DNA of 64,000 nucleotides from positions 96,001 through 160,000 of the forward strand of contig CAVRCJ010000005.1 in assembly GCA_963719515.1 (NCBI GenBank), written 5' to 3'. The stretch comes from an uncultured cyanobacterium (GTDB lineage: Bacteria > Cyanobacteriota > Cyanobacteriia > CAKZMO01). Positions 41,910-53,422 of the stretch are shown in pieces (position 1 is the stretch's first letter; every line of letters starts with the position of its first letter). Below the pieces are notes generated by a model. That model made no database searches and was not told the origin of the DNA. It saw only the letters and a program-made list of their open reading frames with translations. Position numbers and translations under genes: made by a program.

Positions 41910-43112
41910 CTAGTCCGGCAGCTCGTACTGCCCCACGATGCGCTTAGCGTACTCCGGCACATGGGCATCCAGCTTGTCGGGATAGTTGCGCTGGGTGTAG
42001 AGATAGTTGCGGGTGAAGTGAGAATCGATGGAGAAGCGGGCATACTCCAGCCCCTTCGGCCCAATCTTCTCAATCACGACTCCCATCAGCCGCGCCGCCC
42101 ACATCGGCAGCGTCACCCCCTTATCGTAGGCGGGAATGCTCTGCTGCACGGCGGCATGGCGATCGCCCTGGGAGGCAACGGGCTGAGTGTCGAGCTGGTC
42201 TGCCACCAGATCCAGCATTTCCTGGCCGGTGTCGTTGCGGACCACCGTCCACTGCCAGCCAAAAGGCGCTCCCATGTAGCCCACCACTAGGTCTGCGAGG
42301 GAATTGACGTAGTCAAAGCAGCTCATGCAAGAGGGGGCGAATACGTCTTTGAGCTGGTTGGTCTTGAGGCCAAAGAAAGGGACGGTTTCCGTGGAGCCAT
42401 CCTCGTGCTTAAAGTGGACGCGAAAGTCCTGCATAAATTCGTAATGCACAACTGTATCCGGCGAGCGGCTGGTGGTGTCTAAAAACTTTTGCAGCCCTGC
42501 GCGGGTGACGTTATCGACGCAGGGGGTACCCAGCACGTAGAGTTTTTCGAGACCGAGCTTATCTTCCACCTCTCGCAGCGCCTGAATTTGACAGCCTACG
42601 CCAATCACCAGCAGCCGCTTCACTCCCGACTGCTCTATTTGCTCAAGCACCGATAAATTGGGAGATAAAGTAGGTTTGTTCACGCGCGCCGCCAAAACTT
42701 CCTCCGGCGATCGCGCCAGCACGGGCTTTGGCCCAAAGCGATCGTCGTCTTTGTTTTGCACGCACACCACCGCCTCCACGAGCCCCCGGTTTAGCATCTC
42801 AATGGCAATAGTGCTGACGATACCAGTCCACTGAGCCCCTTCAATCGGGGTCTGCTTGCGGGCAGCCATCATCGTTTGGTGTACCCCAAAGTAGCAATCG
42901 TCTGAACTCTCTAAGTCACGCGATCGCCCATGGACTTTGGTCTCAAGTTCCGGGATCTGCTGGTTGAGAAATGCGCAGGCGTCTTTGACGTAGTGGATAT
43001 AGGACGTGTCGCAAAGGCCGCAGTCGCTGCATAGATCCTTCGCAGGTCGAGGCTTCCCCGGAGCAAGCGGCTTGGCTCGGTGATGTGGACGGTTCGGTTG
43101 CGCCAAGGTCAT
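41910..43112 (-). CDS. bciB: FrhB-like ferredoxin-dependent 8-vinyl (divinyl chlorophyllide) reductase
   Basis: CSDCGLC, GAQWTGIV, GVGCQ, GTPCVDN and SCMSCFDY motifs. Confidence 0.85.
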   Translation of the reverse strand: MTLAQPNRPHHRAKPLAPGKPRPAKDLCSDCGLCDTSYIHYVKDACAFLNQQIPELETKVHGRSRDLESSDDCYFGVHQTMMAARKQTPIEGAQWTGIVSTIAIEMLNRGLVEAVVCVQNKDDDRFGPKPVLARSPEEVLAARVNKPTLSPNLSVLEQIEQSGVKRLLVIGVGCQIQALREVEDKLGLEKLYVLGTPCVDNVTRAGLQKFLDTTSRSPDTVVHYEFMQDFRVHFKHEDGSTETVPFFGLKTNQLKDVFAPSCMSCFDYVNSLADLVVGYMGAPFGWQWTVVRNDTGQEMLDLVADQLDTQPVASQGDRHAAVQQSIPAYDKGVTLPMWAARLMGVVIEKIGPKGLEYARFSIDSHFTRNYLYTQRNYPDKLDAHVPEYAKRIVGQYELPD

Positions 43113-43236
43113 AGCGGTGAATCAGCAACGGTATCGTGATCGGCGTAGGCATTTGCTCTACGCCAATCACGATACCGCACTTGAATTACTGACCTTGTGA
43201 ATTGTAATAAGCCGCAAACCAAAAATTGGGCCCGCC

Positions 43237-43596
43237 CTAAAGCAATCTCAGGATGAACGGATAGCGGAAGGGGTCGCCAGGTTGGGTAAGGGTGTGGAAA
43301 ATAGCCCAGATTGCTAGGCCAAAATACACTAGCAGCAGCAGCGGTCCCAAGATAAAGCCCAACAGCCCTAGAGTGAGAAAGGTCAAAACGCCGACAACCA
43401 GGCTCCAAAACCATACGTTGATGTGAAAGTTGATGGCCTCTTTGGAGTTTTCTTTGACTACGGGATCGTCTGAGACCAGCATGACGGCAATCGGAACGCC
43501 GACAGACAGGACAAGAGCGTTAAAGAAGATAGAGCCGTGGCTCAGCGCAGAGAGAAGTTTCCGCTTATCTGCATCGTAGGGACCGGTCGTTTTCAT
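43237..43596 (-). CDS. DUF4870 membrane protein
   Basis: LSALSH, KEAINFH and FRYPFI motifs. Confidence 0.8.
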   Translation of the reverse strand: MKTTGPYDADKRKLLSALSHGSIFFNALVLSVGVPIAVMLVSDDPVVKENSKEAINFHINVWFWSLVVGVLTFLTLGLLGFILGPLLLLVYFGLAIWAIFHTLTQPGDPFRYPFILRLL

Positions 43597-43814
43597 GATC
43601 TATTTACTGGGGGGAAATCGCGTACCCTTATGATGTCACACCCCGCTTCACCGAGGGGTTCGGTTTTTTCGATAGTCACAGGTGGGGATGTACCGCTACA
43701 GTCAAAGTAGGTTCAGGCATAAGCTACAGCTGCGATCGCCAACTCAGGTCATCAATGCGGCTGAGGGATTAAGGCAATAGGTACAGATAGGTCAGTAACG
43801 GGTTGAAAACGGCA

Positions 43815-44129
43815 ATGGGATTTTTTGATTCTGAGATTGTCCAGCAAGAAGCGCAAAAACTCTTCGAGGACTACCAGTCGCTTGTACAGCTGGGGGGGGA
43901 GTACGGCAAGTTTGACCGAGAAGGGAAAAAGATTTTCATTGAGCGGATGGAGGCCGTTTTGGAGCGCTATCACATCTTCATGAAGCGCTTCGAACTCTCT
44001 GAAGACTTTACGGCCCAAATGACGGTCGAGCAGTTAAAAACGCAGCTCAACCAGTTTGGCATGACGCCGCAGCAAATGTTTGAGCAGATGCAGCTCACCC
44101 TAGAGCGCATGAAAGGCGACGTCGACTAA
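43815..44129 (+). CDS. DUF1825 family protein
   Basis: MGFFDSEIVQQEA...KFDREGK...KRFELSEDF. Confidence 0.85.
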   Translation: MGFFDSEIVQQEAQKLFEDYQSLVQLGGEYGKFDREGKKIFIERMEAVLERYHIFMKRFELSEDFTAQMTVEQLKTQLNQFGMTPQQMFEQMQLTLERMKGDVD

Positions 44130-44300
44130 TTCCGAGTCTGCAAGCCTAACGGGTACGAACTCGGCGCACATTAGTCCGGCGCATATGCATATAGGTTCGG
44201 CGCACATCAGTTCAGCGCGCATTAGTCCCATGCACATTAGAACAGGGCGGACCAGCCTCCACGACCTGCCCGCCCAGCAAACGTATAGTCCGCTTTGCCG

Positions 44301-44969
44301 CTACGCGATGTGTGCATGGGCGTTGACGCCCTGATCCTGAAGCTTCTCAACCTGTGCCATAACCTGTTTGATCTGAGACATCAAATCGTCTAAGTTCTGG
44401 GTCTGCGCGAGTTGCCCTTGCTGAGGCGAAGCGGATAGAGTACTGCCAGCTGCCGGAGCTGGGGCAGAAAATCCGTGGAAGCTTTGAGCGGCTGGCATGG
44501 CTGATGCGGCAGCTCTAGCCATAGGCATCAGCGGGGCACTGCTAGCGGGCAGACTGGTGGGGCGAGGGGAAACTGGCTGTGTGATTTGAGACTTGGCGGG
44601 ATCTATAAACGGGTTGAGACCGGCCTTCTCCAGTTTTTCGTCTGAAAATTGAACCGCGTCTACCCGTAGGGTCTGCTCTTGAAGTTTTTGCTTGAGCTGC
44701 GTGACTTCATCTTGGGTCTCTGACAGCTTTGCGGACGACTGTCTCCATCCTAGGCTGGACAGATGCACCGCCCCAACGCCAAAGCTGATGGCCATTGCGA
44801 GGCCCATGTACGGCACTGCAACGTCTTCAACCTGACCAACAAAGATGGGTTCATCGCCGAACTGAATGGTAACGGCGTCAGACTTTAGCATTGCGAGAGG
44901 AGCCGTTGCTGCGCAAAAGACAGCTCCAGCCAAAATTGAAGAAGACACTAGGGATCGAGAGAAGCTCAT
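44301..44969 (-). CDS. hypothetical membrane/coiled-coil protein
   Basis: 222-aa ORF with hydrophobic segments and a coiled coil. Confidence 0.65.
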   Translation of the reverse strand: MSFSRSLVSSSILAGAVFCAATAPLAMLKSDAVTIQFGDEPIFVGQVEDVAVPYMGLAMAISFGVGAVHLSSLGWRQSSAKLSETQDEVTQLKQKLQEQTLRVDAVQFSDEKLEKAGLNPFIDPAKSQITQPVSPRPTSLPASSAPLMPMARAAASAMPAAQSFHGFSAPAPAAGSTLSASPQQGQLAQTQNLDDLMSQIKQVMAQVEKLQDQGVNAHAHIA

Positions 44970-45389
44970 AGGTTCAGACTCCGTGAACTGTTGAAGTAAT
45001 TGGCCTACACGGTCTAGGTGGCACTGTTCCCTGACTCAATGCTCGTGCGATCGTTTTGGCAAAGCAAACCCCATGGAGAAACGCCTGCTGTGGCTCCGTG
45101 AAGTATCTGGCAAAAGGAAACTTGTTAGCGGGTAGAATGCTGCTGGGCGCTTATTGTCAGCGGCTTGAGATGCGTAGATGTCAGATGTAGAGCGAGGCTC
45201 CTGCTTTGAGAGCCTACAGCTGTACTTTTGTGTTAACTAGTATCAACGTTAACCTGCTCGAGCTGCAATAACCGTATAAATCGTGTTAAGGCTGGCCGCT
45301 AGATATCTTGTTTGTGTAAATTTAGCTTTCAGCGGGGAATCCCCGCGCTCCACCCGCTAGAGCGAGCGGCGGTATAAGGGTCGCACGTG

Positions 45390-45896
45390 CTATGACTTGG
45401 CGTCTTCGATGTGGTCAATTAACCCGCTCTTATCCAGTTTGCTGCGGCCAGAGATGTCGAGCTCACGGGCCTGCTCATACAGCTCCGCCTTGGTGTTTGA
45501 GGCTAAGTCGTCGCTAGACGACCCTTTTGCCGCGTCGTCATCCGCGTCCTGTAGTGCCTCGATCAGCTCATCTTTGTTCATCTGACTGCGACCAGATATC
45601 TCCTCTGATTTAGCCTGGTCATAGAGCTCCTGCTTAGTCTGCTCTCCCCAGTGGGCGCGATCGCCATCCTGGGTTTGCTCGTTTTGCTCGCCCCACTGCT
45701 CTAGCGATCGCGCCGCATCATCCTTTTCATCTTTTTGATACCCCCCTCCCTCTTGTTCATACCGCTGCACCAGGAGCTGGCTTTTGCGGGCCGACCATTG
45801 CCCAGGCTCTCCCCCCTTGTCAGACTGCATGATCTCTTTCTTCAGCGCTCGGCGCAGGTCAGGGTGGGTATATTTCTCGTCGTAGTTGTCGCTCAT
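45390..45896 (-). CDS. acidic protein with two Rho-N-like repeats
   Basis: GQWSARKSQ and two TKxELYxQA...ISGRSxxxK repeats. Confidence 0.75.
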   Translation of the reverse strand: MSDNYDEKYTHPDLRRALKKEIMQSDKGGEPGQWSARKSQLLVQRYEQEGGGYQKDEKDDAARSLEQWGEQNEQTQDGDRAHWGEQTKQELYDQAKSEEISGRSQMNKDELIEALQDADDDAAKGSSSDDLASNTKAELYEQARELDISGRSKLDKSGLIDHIEDAKS

Positions 45897-46237
45897 GAGA
45901 TGGGGGAAAGAATATTTTTTCTGGAGACTGAACGGATTGAGGAAGCGATCGCAGTGCTGCGCTGCCTACCATGATATTTTCTAATAAAACCACAAGATTT
46001 ATGAAGAGGAAACTCAGCGGTGGAAATGCTCCGCTTGGGGGAGGGAACGGCCTCTGATTTTATTCGCCGGGCCGAAACATAAGCTATACCTCCATCCTGT
46101 GGATGAGATCATCCCCTCATAACCCTTTAAGTTCGTGCCCAAATTCGCCAAAATCTTGTCTGAGAATCTGCAAAAGTCGTTGAGATTTGTTACATTTTAA
46201 TTAGCACTCGTTACACTCCTAATCAATTCCCCTTCTC

Positions 46238-46759
46238 ATGAGTAATTTCTCTAGCGCTCTTTCTCTAGGCCTAACTGCCCTACGATCAAACTTCTCAGCC
46301 AACTATCCGTCCCAAATTGCCTGGACGGCCCTGCGCGTTGTCGCTGGCACCGTCATGATTCACAACGGATTAGACAAGCTGGCGGATATCGAAAGCTTTG
46401 CGACGGCCTACGTTCAGGTTATTGGCTTGCCCTTCCCAATATTCTTTAGCTATGTTGCTGCCCTAACCGAGGTAATCGGTGCGCCACTGCTGCTGTTGGG
46501 CCTGTTCACGCGCCCTGCTGCATTGGGTCTGTTCTCGACCATGCTCGTGGCCATGTACCACCACATCAAGGTTGCCGGATTTAGCATTCCTTACCTGGAG
46601 CTGTCGGCACTGTATTCTGTAGTCTTTTTGTTCTTCGCAGTCAATGGCCCTGGTCTGTTCGCGCTGGATACCTGGCTGGCCTCTTGGCTAGGCGCATCGG
46701 TGGCCCGTCCGGCGATCGCAGAGCTCGAGACTCCTACTCGTGAACTGGTGACCAAATAG
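46238..46759 (+). CDS. DoxX family membrane protein
   Basis: HNGLDKL, LLGLFTRPAA and GPGLFALD motifs. Confidence 0.88.
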   Translation: MSNFSSALSLGLTALRSNFSANYPSQIAWTALRVVAGTVMIHNGLDKLADIESFATAYVQVIGLPFPIFFSYVAALTEVIGAPLLLLGLFTRPAALGLFSTMLVAMYHHIKVAGFSIPYLELSALYSVVFLFFAVNGPGLFALDTWLASWLGASVARPAIAELETPTRELVTK

Positions 46760-46939
46760 TCTACAGCTCGCATTTATAATCTCGCTATTCAATGCGGGTT
46801 GCCAGAATTTCTTTTTTGCCAGCAGGTTTACACAGACTTGACTAGCCCTGAAGATATTTCGGCAGCCCGCTTTTAGCGTTGGGCTTGCACCGTCTTCCCC
46901 AAGCTTGCACTAAGCTGAGAGTAGCAATACGACAGCTCT

Positions 46940-47164
46940 ATGAAACATCTTTTGTTGCTCCTTATCCGCGGCTACCGCCTCATCATCTCGCCGCTGTTTA
47001 CCCCGAGCTGCCGCTTTCAGCCGACTTGCTCTCAGTACGCACTCCAGGCGATAGAGCGATTCGGGGCCCTGAAAGGAAGCGGCTTAGCACTGCGCCGTCT
47101 GCTGCGCTGTCACCCTTTTCATCCCGGGGGGTATGATCCCGTCCCGACCTGCGATCAAGATTGA
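46940..47164 (+). CDS. yidD: membrane protein insertion efficiency factor
   Basis: [10 protein letters not shown]...[14 protein letters not shown]. Confidence 0.95.
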   Translation: MKHLLLLLIRGYRLIISPLFTPSCRFQPTCSQYALQAIERFGALKGSGLALRRLLRCHPFHPGGYDPVPTCDQD

Positions 47165-47214
47165 AATGGCTCTTGTGTATTGACTGCGCGCGAGCTAAGC
47201 GAAGAACTTCCTGC

Positions 47215-48492
47215 TCACAGTGGTGCGTCTGGGGCGGCGGCTGACCGGCGCTCGTGGGCAGCGGCACTAAATGCCCGAATGTACTGCTCATGCCCACCAG
47301 GAAACACCACGTTCAGCGTCAGCGGGTCACTCACATCCCGAGGGTCTCCCGGCCCCGCCGTCACCCGCATCTCCCCAGCAACAGTATCTACAGTCAGGGG
47401 ACGCCGCTTCACCTCCCCGCCGCTGCTGTCCACATACACCACCAAATTACCCCTGTTGATCTCGCGGCCCATATCCTGGATAAGCTGCAGGAAATTGCGA
47501 TCGCTTCCCCCACGCCGCACCTGCCCGTCTACCACCTGACTGGTGATCGTGTCCCCAACGCCTACAATGAGCGGCATCTGCGCCGGGTCAAACTTCCGCG
47601 CCAAAGCTAATAGCTCATCGGCATTCTGGGGGGCGCTGCGGGCATTGAAGTCCTCGCCGAGGGGATATGCCCCTGTGCGCTGGCGATAGTAGCGATTGAG
47701 CAACGCCAGCACCCCGGCCTCTTTAATCGCCCCCCGCAGCATAAATTGAAAGTCGGTAGTGCCGAGGCTCCCCCCATCTCTATCGGCGTACCAGACTCGC
47801 TCATTTCCCTGGTCATCTCGCCCTAGATTGGGCGCAAAATGCACGAAAAAAGAGTTTTCCAATCCCTGTCCTGCAGCATCCTCTAAAAGAGTATCCATCA
47901 GCGCCACCATTTCCTGCTGCAGGGTCAGGTAGAGCTGAGGGCGATCGCTTAGAAGGCTCTGAAACGTGTTGAGGTTGGCGGTGGGAGAGGCGACATTGTC
48001 CAAAGCTGAAGCGGCAATACCTTGAGCGATGGTCTCGCCCGAAAGGCCGCTGCTGTGACGCTTAAAAAATGCCTCCAGCCGGGCCTTGATATGCTCTGGA
48101 ACGGCGGTCAAAAAGGCCAGCTCTGCGTCGCTTACCCCCGGGTGGGAAACTTCCCCGGTTCGGGTTTGCCACTGTACCCCACCTGCCGCTAAGCCCGGCA
48201 GGTATCCAGTATTCAGCGGCTTGGCGTCAGCGCGCTCAATGATGCCGTTTACCCCTCGCTGCCCAATGTGCTCGCCATTAGTAAGCACATAGAAATGATT
48301 GTCGAAGGCTTGGGTGGCTCGCACGTAGCTTAGGTCTATGACGCGGGTGAGAGGGTCTTTGACCAGCTCCATACAGACGCCGTCGAGGTCTTGAATAATG
48401 AGCAGATTTTCGGTGGCGGCCAGGCTGTGGGCCAAGGCATTGTGGTCGAGGGAAAGGGTCTGCTGGTGAAGAGGACTAGGGGAGGTGGTCAT
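47215..48492 (-). CDS. stpA: glucosylglycerol-phosphate phosphatase
   Basis: IQDLDGVCM, LTNGEH, GTTDFQFM, GVGDT and RRGGSDR motifs. Confidence 0.9.
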   Translation of the reverse strand: MTTSPSPLHQQTLSLDHNALAHSLAATENLLIIQDLDGVCMELVKDPLTRVIDLSYVRATQAFDNHFYVLTNGEHIGQRGVNGIIERADAKPLNTGYLPGLAAGGVQWQTRTGEVSHPGVSDAELAFLTAVPEHIKARLEAFFKRHSSGLSGETIAQGIAASALDNVASPTANLNTFQSLLSDRPQLYLTLQQEMVALMDTLLEDAAGQGLENSFFVHFAPNLGRDDQGNERVWYADRDGGSLGTTDFQFMLRGAIKEAGVLALLNRYYRQRTGAYPLGEDFNARSAPQNADELLALARKFDPAQMPLIVGVGDTITSQVVDGQVRRGGSDRNFLQLIQDMGREINRGNLVVYVDSSGGEVKRRPLTVDTVAGEMRVTAGPGDPRDVSDPLTLNVVFPGGHEQYIRAFSAAAHERRSAAAPDAPL

Positions 48493-48739
48493 GGAGTTAC
48501 AGAATAGGTGCAAGTTGCCACTCTCAACCTGCCTGCGGCTGAAGATTCAGCTAGGCTAAGAGAAGTTCCACCAGGACTATAGCAAAGCGGACGGAATGCC
48601 AGGTCATAAACAATTGGGTATCGTTATAGGTATGCGTTACGAATCGTCATACAAGATCGCTGTATTCTCGGTCGCCATGTATTGAAAGGACAAGGCATCA
48701 TGTGTTGTATTGCGATGCCAGTTAATGAGCTAATTTTAG

Positions 48740-51700
48740 ATGCCTTCTAGCGCCGACTACCCTATCCCAATAGGGCTAGAATCATCCCTTATCAGGCGAG
48801 ACCCCATCATTGTCTCATCAGATACGGCGGTGATAGAGGCGATCGCCCAGATGGACAGCGCTCAAATGAACCATAGAGCCAGTCCGTCGCCAGAGACTGG
48901 CAGCGATGCAGCAAGCAATTTGATAGACGACCATCGACACTGCGTCAGCTGCGTGCTTGTGGTCCAGAACGGGCAATACGCCGGCATGCTGAGCGAGCGA
49001 GATGTCATACACCTCGTCGCACAGCGCCGCGCGCTCGATACCCTCTCAATGCAGCAGGTGATGGACCGCTCTGACATCGCGCTGCGCGAGTCGGACTTGG
49101 CGGTGTCCAACCTTGGTGCGGCCTTCAGGCTGGACAAGGGCGATCGCAGCCGATATCCCTATCTCCCCGTCCTCGACGAACAGAATTATCCTATTGGGCT
49201 TGTGAGCTGCGAGGCCCTAGCGCGCCGCTCATTGAGTGCCCCTGAGCAGAAGCAACATCCTTCAGGAGCCCTGCAGCGAACTGAGATGACTCAGAAGCTT
49301 CAAGACGAAGCGTGCAGGCGACAGCAGATTGAGGCGTCTTTAATTGAGAGCGAGCGGACGAATCGCACTCTCATTGACACGATGCCTGATCTGTTGATTC
49401 AGATGGACCGGCAGGGAAACTATAGCCGATTTGCCGGAGGCACTGCCATTCAGGCTAAGCCGCTGCCAGAACCCATTGACGCGCAAAACGTCTATGTCGG
49501 CCTATCGCCTGAGCTCGCACAGCAGCGACTACGCCATGCCAACCAAGCCCTTGATAGCGGCTGCCTGCAGGTGTACGAGCAGAGCTTTGACCGCGATGGC
49601 GACCTGCGCTACGAGGAGGTTCGCATCGCCCCTCTCAATGGGCAAGAGGTGCTCATCATTATTCGAGATATTACCGAGCGAAAACGATCCGAGGCCCAGC
49701 TACAGAGCCTAATTGCCGGTACCGCCGCCACAACCGGACAAGACTTCTTCCCTGCGCTGACACATCATATCTCAGAGACTCTGGAGGTTTCTCATGTTAT
49801 TGTAACCGAGCAAATTGGGCCAAACCTGAACGTACTGGCCTGCTCCATCAACGGAACGCTGCAGCCCGAGTTCTCGTATCAAGCTGCCACTACACCCTGC
49901 GAACAGGTTTTGCGGCATGGCTCCTTTTACTGTAGCAGTCTGCTTCAGCAGGCCTTTCCTGAGGACAACGATTTAGTAGAGATGGGGGTAGAGAGCTACC
50001 TAGGCGTCGCGTTGCGCAACAGCTCCGGTGAGAAAATCGGTACCCTATGTATTCTTGATGAGCGGCTGATTCCAAAACCAGAGTGGGCAGAACAAATTCT
50101 GCGCGTCTTTGCCGCTCGCGCCGCCGCTGAGCTAGAGCGGCAGCGGGCAAAGTCGTCTCTAGAGCAGCTCAACCAGCAGCTAGAAGCCAAAGTAAAAGAG
50201 CGTACCGCTGAGCTGCGGGAGCGCGAGCAGTTTTTACAGACTGTCCTAGATACATTTCCGCTATCCGTATTCTGGAAAGACCGCAACTCAGTTTACTTGG
50301 GCTGCAACCAAAATCTTCTTCGAGATGCCAATCTCAAGTCAGTTTCAGAGCTCATCGGGAAGACAGACTATGACATGCCCTGGTCCGAGACTGAGGCTGA
50401 GAGCTATCGGGCTAACGATCGCCACGTCGTCACTCAGAATGTTGCCAAGCTGGGAAGTATTGAGACTCAAGTCCATGCGGATGGCAGCCAACTTTGGCTA
50501 GAGACCAACAAACTTCCTCTACGCAATCTAGAGGGTGAGGTGATCGGCGTTTTGGGGACCTACCAAGACATCACCGAGCGCAAACGGGCCGAGCAAGCGC
50601 TGCAAGACAGTGAGCAGCGCTTTCGTAGCGCCATTGCCAATGCGCCCTTCCCCATTATGATCCGCGCTGAGGATGACGAGGTGCTGCAAATCAATGCGGT
50701 TTGGACTGAGCTAACCGGCTATACCCATGACGAGATTGCTACGGTCGGAGACTGGGTAAAGCTAGCCTGCGGCGATCGCGCTGCGAGTTGCCTGCAAACC
50801 ATTCACGAAAACTACAGCCTCACGGCTCGGCGGGATGACGGAGAGTTTGCGATTACGACGCGAGACGGGAGCCAGCGGATTTGGCTGATCACCACTACCC
50901 CGTTAGCTCCATTGCCCGACGGTCGCCGCGTCACGATGGCAATGGCTGTGGACATCACAACCCGCCGTCAGGCAGAGCTTGCGCTGCGGGAGAGCGAAGA
51001 GCGCTACCGCACCATTTACAACCAGGCGGCGATGGGCCTTGTGATTGCAACTGCTGACGGTAGACTCATTGACGTCAATCCGCATATTTGCGCGATGCTG
51101 GGCTACTCCCGTGAGGAGATTTTGTCGAAAACAGTCGAAGACATTACCCATCCTGACGATCGCCAGAACATTGTTTTGGCCAGAGATCTCTCTGACGGGG
51201 CAGAGAGAACAGACTTTTCTCAAGAAAAACGCTACATCCGTAAGGACGGCAGCACCTTTTGGGCTGCAACAGGCCTTTCATTTGTACGCGGGGCTGATGA
51301 TGAGTCCATGCACTGCATAGCCGCTATCCGCGACATCAACGATCGCAAGCGGGCCGAAGCTCAAGTCCATGCGCTACTCAACCGGACGCAGTTTCTCAAC
51401 CGCATCAGCTCCGAGATTCGAGATTCTCTCGATCTGGACATTATCTTACACAATTTGGTCAATGGCGTTGTCGCTGAGCTTCCGGTCGAGAGCTGTGTGT
51501 TTGCCTGGTACAGGTTTAGCGACAGCTCAGAGCGAAGCTCACATCTGCTAGAGGCGGTGATGGAGAAAAAAGTCAGTGGGCTGCAAAGCTGCATTGGGAC
51601 TTATACCTATGACGACTGCCCCGACATACTTGAGCACATTCTTGATAATCGGATTTACCGCATTGAGCGGCTAGCTGACGTTGAAGATGGGAAACTGTTG

Positions 51701-52792
51701 GAGCATCTCCAATCTGTCGGTCTTTCTACCTTGCTAGGGTTGCCCATCCATACGGCTGGCGGAGCAATCGGCGCCATTGTCTTAGGCCGAGTCACTGGCA
51801 GTCAGCCCTGGCGAGATGAGGAGATTGCTCTATTTCAAAGCATTGCCAACCAGGTGGCGATCGCCATCTACCAAGCCCAGCTTTACGAAGAATCTCAGGC
51901 CAAAACTCAGCAGCTTGAGCGCTCGTATCAGGAGCTGCAGGACGCTCAAATTCACATGGTGCAGGCTGAGAAAATGTCCAGCCTGGGGCAGCTCGTAGCG
52001 GGCATTGCCCATGAGATCAACAATCCTGTGGGCTTTATTTACGGCAATCTTGCGGCGGCGACAGACTATGTCAACAGCCTAACCACGCTCGTTCAGCACT
52101 ATCAAGATGCCTATCCAGAGCCGCCCCAGGCGATCGCTCAGCTTTCCAGGCAGGCCGACATCGACTACATCCTTGAGGACTTTCCGAAGCTGCTCAGCTC
52201 AATGGAAAATGGCGCAACCCGTATTCAGGCCATTGTTCAGTCGCTGCGCACCTTCTCGCGGCTAGAGCAGGTTGGACAATCGGCAGTCGATATCAACCAG
52301 CGTATCGACAACACGCTGGTGATCTTACAAAATCGCCTCAACGGACGCGCCGGCAAACCAGAAGTTGAGGTGGTTAAGCTGTACGGCGATTTGTCTTTGA
52401 TCGAATGCTATGGCAGCCTGCTTGACCAGGTGTTCATCAACTTGTTGGCAAATGCTGTCGATGCCATCGAAGAGCGACAGGCCAATGCTGAGCTAAATTA
52501 TGCGGGCCGCATCGCAATCACCACAGCGATCGCCTCAGACACTAGCGTTTCGATTTCAATTCAGGACAATGGTATTGGCATGGCGGCTGAGACTCAAGCT
52601 AGCATTTTTGATCCCTTTTTTACGACAAAGCCCATCGGTGTCGGAACGGGAATGGGCCTCTCGATCAGCTATCAAATTGTGGCAGGCAACCATAACGGAA
52701 AGCTTTATTGCCGCTCGGCTCCCGGAGGGGGAACCGAGTTTGTTGTCGAGATACCGAAGCGCTTGAGTGGTTCCATTGGTCCTGTCGCTTAG
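48740..52792 (+). CDS. CBS/PAS/GAF sensor histidine kinase
   Basis: Multiple PAS and GAF domains, AGIAHEINNP, FDPFFTTK and GTGMGL. Confidence 0.93.
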   Translation: MPSSADYPIPIGLESSLIRRDPIIVSSDTAVIEAIAQMDSAQMNHRASPSPETGSDAASNLIDDHRHCVSCVLVVQNGQYAGMLSERDVIHLVAQRRALDTLSMQQVMDRSDIALRESDLAVSNLGAAFRLDKGDRSRYPYLPVLDEQNYPIGLVSCEALARRSLSAPEQKQHPSGALQRTEMTQKLQDEACRRQQIEASLIESERTNRTLIDTMPDLLIQMDRQGNYSRFAGGTAIQAKPLPEPIDAQNVYVGLSPELAQQRLRHANQALDSGCLQVYEQSFDRDGDLRYEEVRIAPLNGQEVLIIIRDITERKRSEAQLQSLIAGTAATTGQDFFPALTHHISETLEVSHVIVTEQIGPNLNVLACSINGTLQPEFSYQAATTPCEQVLRHGSFYCSSLLQQAFPEDNDLVEMGVESYLGVALRNSSGEKIGTLCILDERLIPKPEWAEQILRVFAARAAAELERQRAKSSLEQLNQQLEAKVKERTAELREREQFLQTVLDTFPLSVFWKDRNSVYLGCNQNLLRDANLKSVSELIGKTDYDMPWSETEAESYRANDRHVVTQNVAKLGSIETQVHADGSQLWLETNKLPLRNLEGEVIGVLGTYQDITERKRAEQALQDSEQRFRSAIANAPFPIMIRAEDDEVLQINAVWTELTGYTHDEIATVGDWVKLACGDRAASCLQTIHENYSLTARRDDGEFAITTRDGSQRIWLITTTPLAPLPDGRRVTMAMAVDITTRRQAELALRESEERYRTIYNQAAMGLVIATADGRLIDVNPHICAMLGYSREEILSKTVEDITHPDDRQNIVLARDLSDGAERTDFSQEKRYIRKDGSTFWAATGLSFVRGADDESMHCIAAIRDINDRKRAEAQVHALLNRTQFLNRISSEIRDSLDLDIILHNLVNGVVAELPVESCVFAWYRFSDSSERSSHLLEAVMEKKVSGLQSCIGTYTYDDCPDILEHILDNRIYRIERLADVEDGKLLEHLQSVGLSTLLGLPIHTAGGAIGAIVLGRVTGSQPWRDEEIALFQSIANQVAIAIYQAQLYEESQAKTQQLERSYQELQDAQIHMVQAEKMSSLGQLVAGIAHEINNPVGFIYGNLAAATDYVNSLTTLVQHYQDAYPEPPQAIAQLSRQADIDYILEDFPKLLSSMENGATRIQAIVQSLRTFSRLEQVGQSAVDINQRIDNTLVILQNRLNGRAGKPEVEVVKLYGDLSLIECYGSLLDQVFINLLANAVDAIEERQANAELNYAGRIAITTAIASDTSVSISIQDNGIGMAAETQASIFDPFFTTKPIGVGTGMGLSISYQIVAGNHNGKLYCRSAPGGGTEFVVEIPKRLSGSIGPVA

Positions 52793-53422
52793 CGCGCAGA
52801 ATTACTCAGAAAATATCAATAGATGCTTAATTTACCGCCTAAATTAAAGCGGTCAAAGGCAATCTATCCTACTAGCAAAAGGGACGATGCCCTCAGAAAA
52901 TTCTGATTCTGTCGGCGAATTCTAGAGGTGTCCCGCCAGGCAAATCGCCCTTTGCGCAGCTTCTTTTGGCAGCATCGCCAAAATATTTTTATCCGCCAAT
53001 TTTCATTAAGATTCCCTTGCCCAAACCGAGGCATGAACAGACGGCAGACATCCTAGATGCCCCTCAATCTCAAAAGCTGGCCCGCTGCGATCGCCCACAG
53101 CCCTCATTTGAACCAGTTGGTCGCTCGCCAGCCAGCGGCCTGACAAATCGCGGCCCAAATGTAAAACTTCCCCTTGCCCCAACCGCAAAGATGTACTATT
53201 CTCATTTGCTATAGCCGTGGTTCCCATGGTTTAGTCTCCCAAGAATTCGGTCCGGGCGGAGCTGCGTGTTGCTAGTAACAACACGCAGCTCCTAAGCCCC
53301 CACGACAGGTATAGGCTGTCGGGAAGGCCTGAGGTACATTTTACCTGCGCCATCCCGAACGCACGACGTCTGGAGATGGCCGGTTTTTGGGGGACTCCAA
53401 CCCAACACAACTGGAGTCCCTC

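Noticed and set aside
44160..44240. Short imperfect repeats (CGGCGCACATTAG-like)
   Set aside because: Too short and irregular for CRISPR; probably an intergenic tandem repeat between convergent genes.
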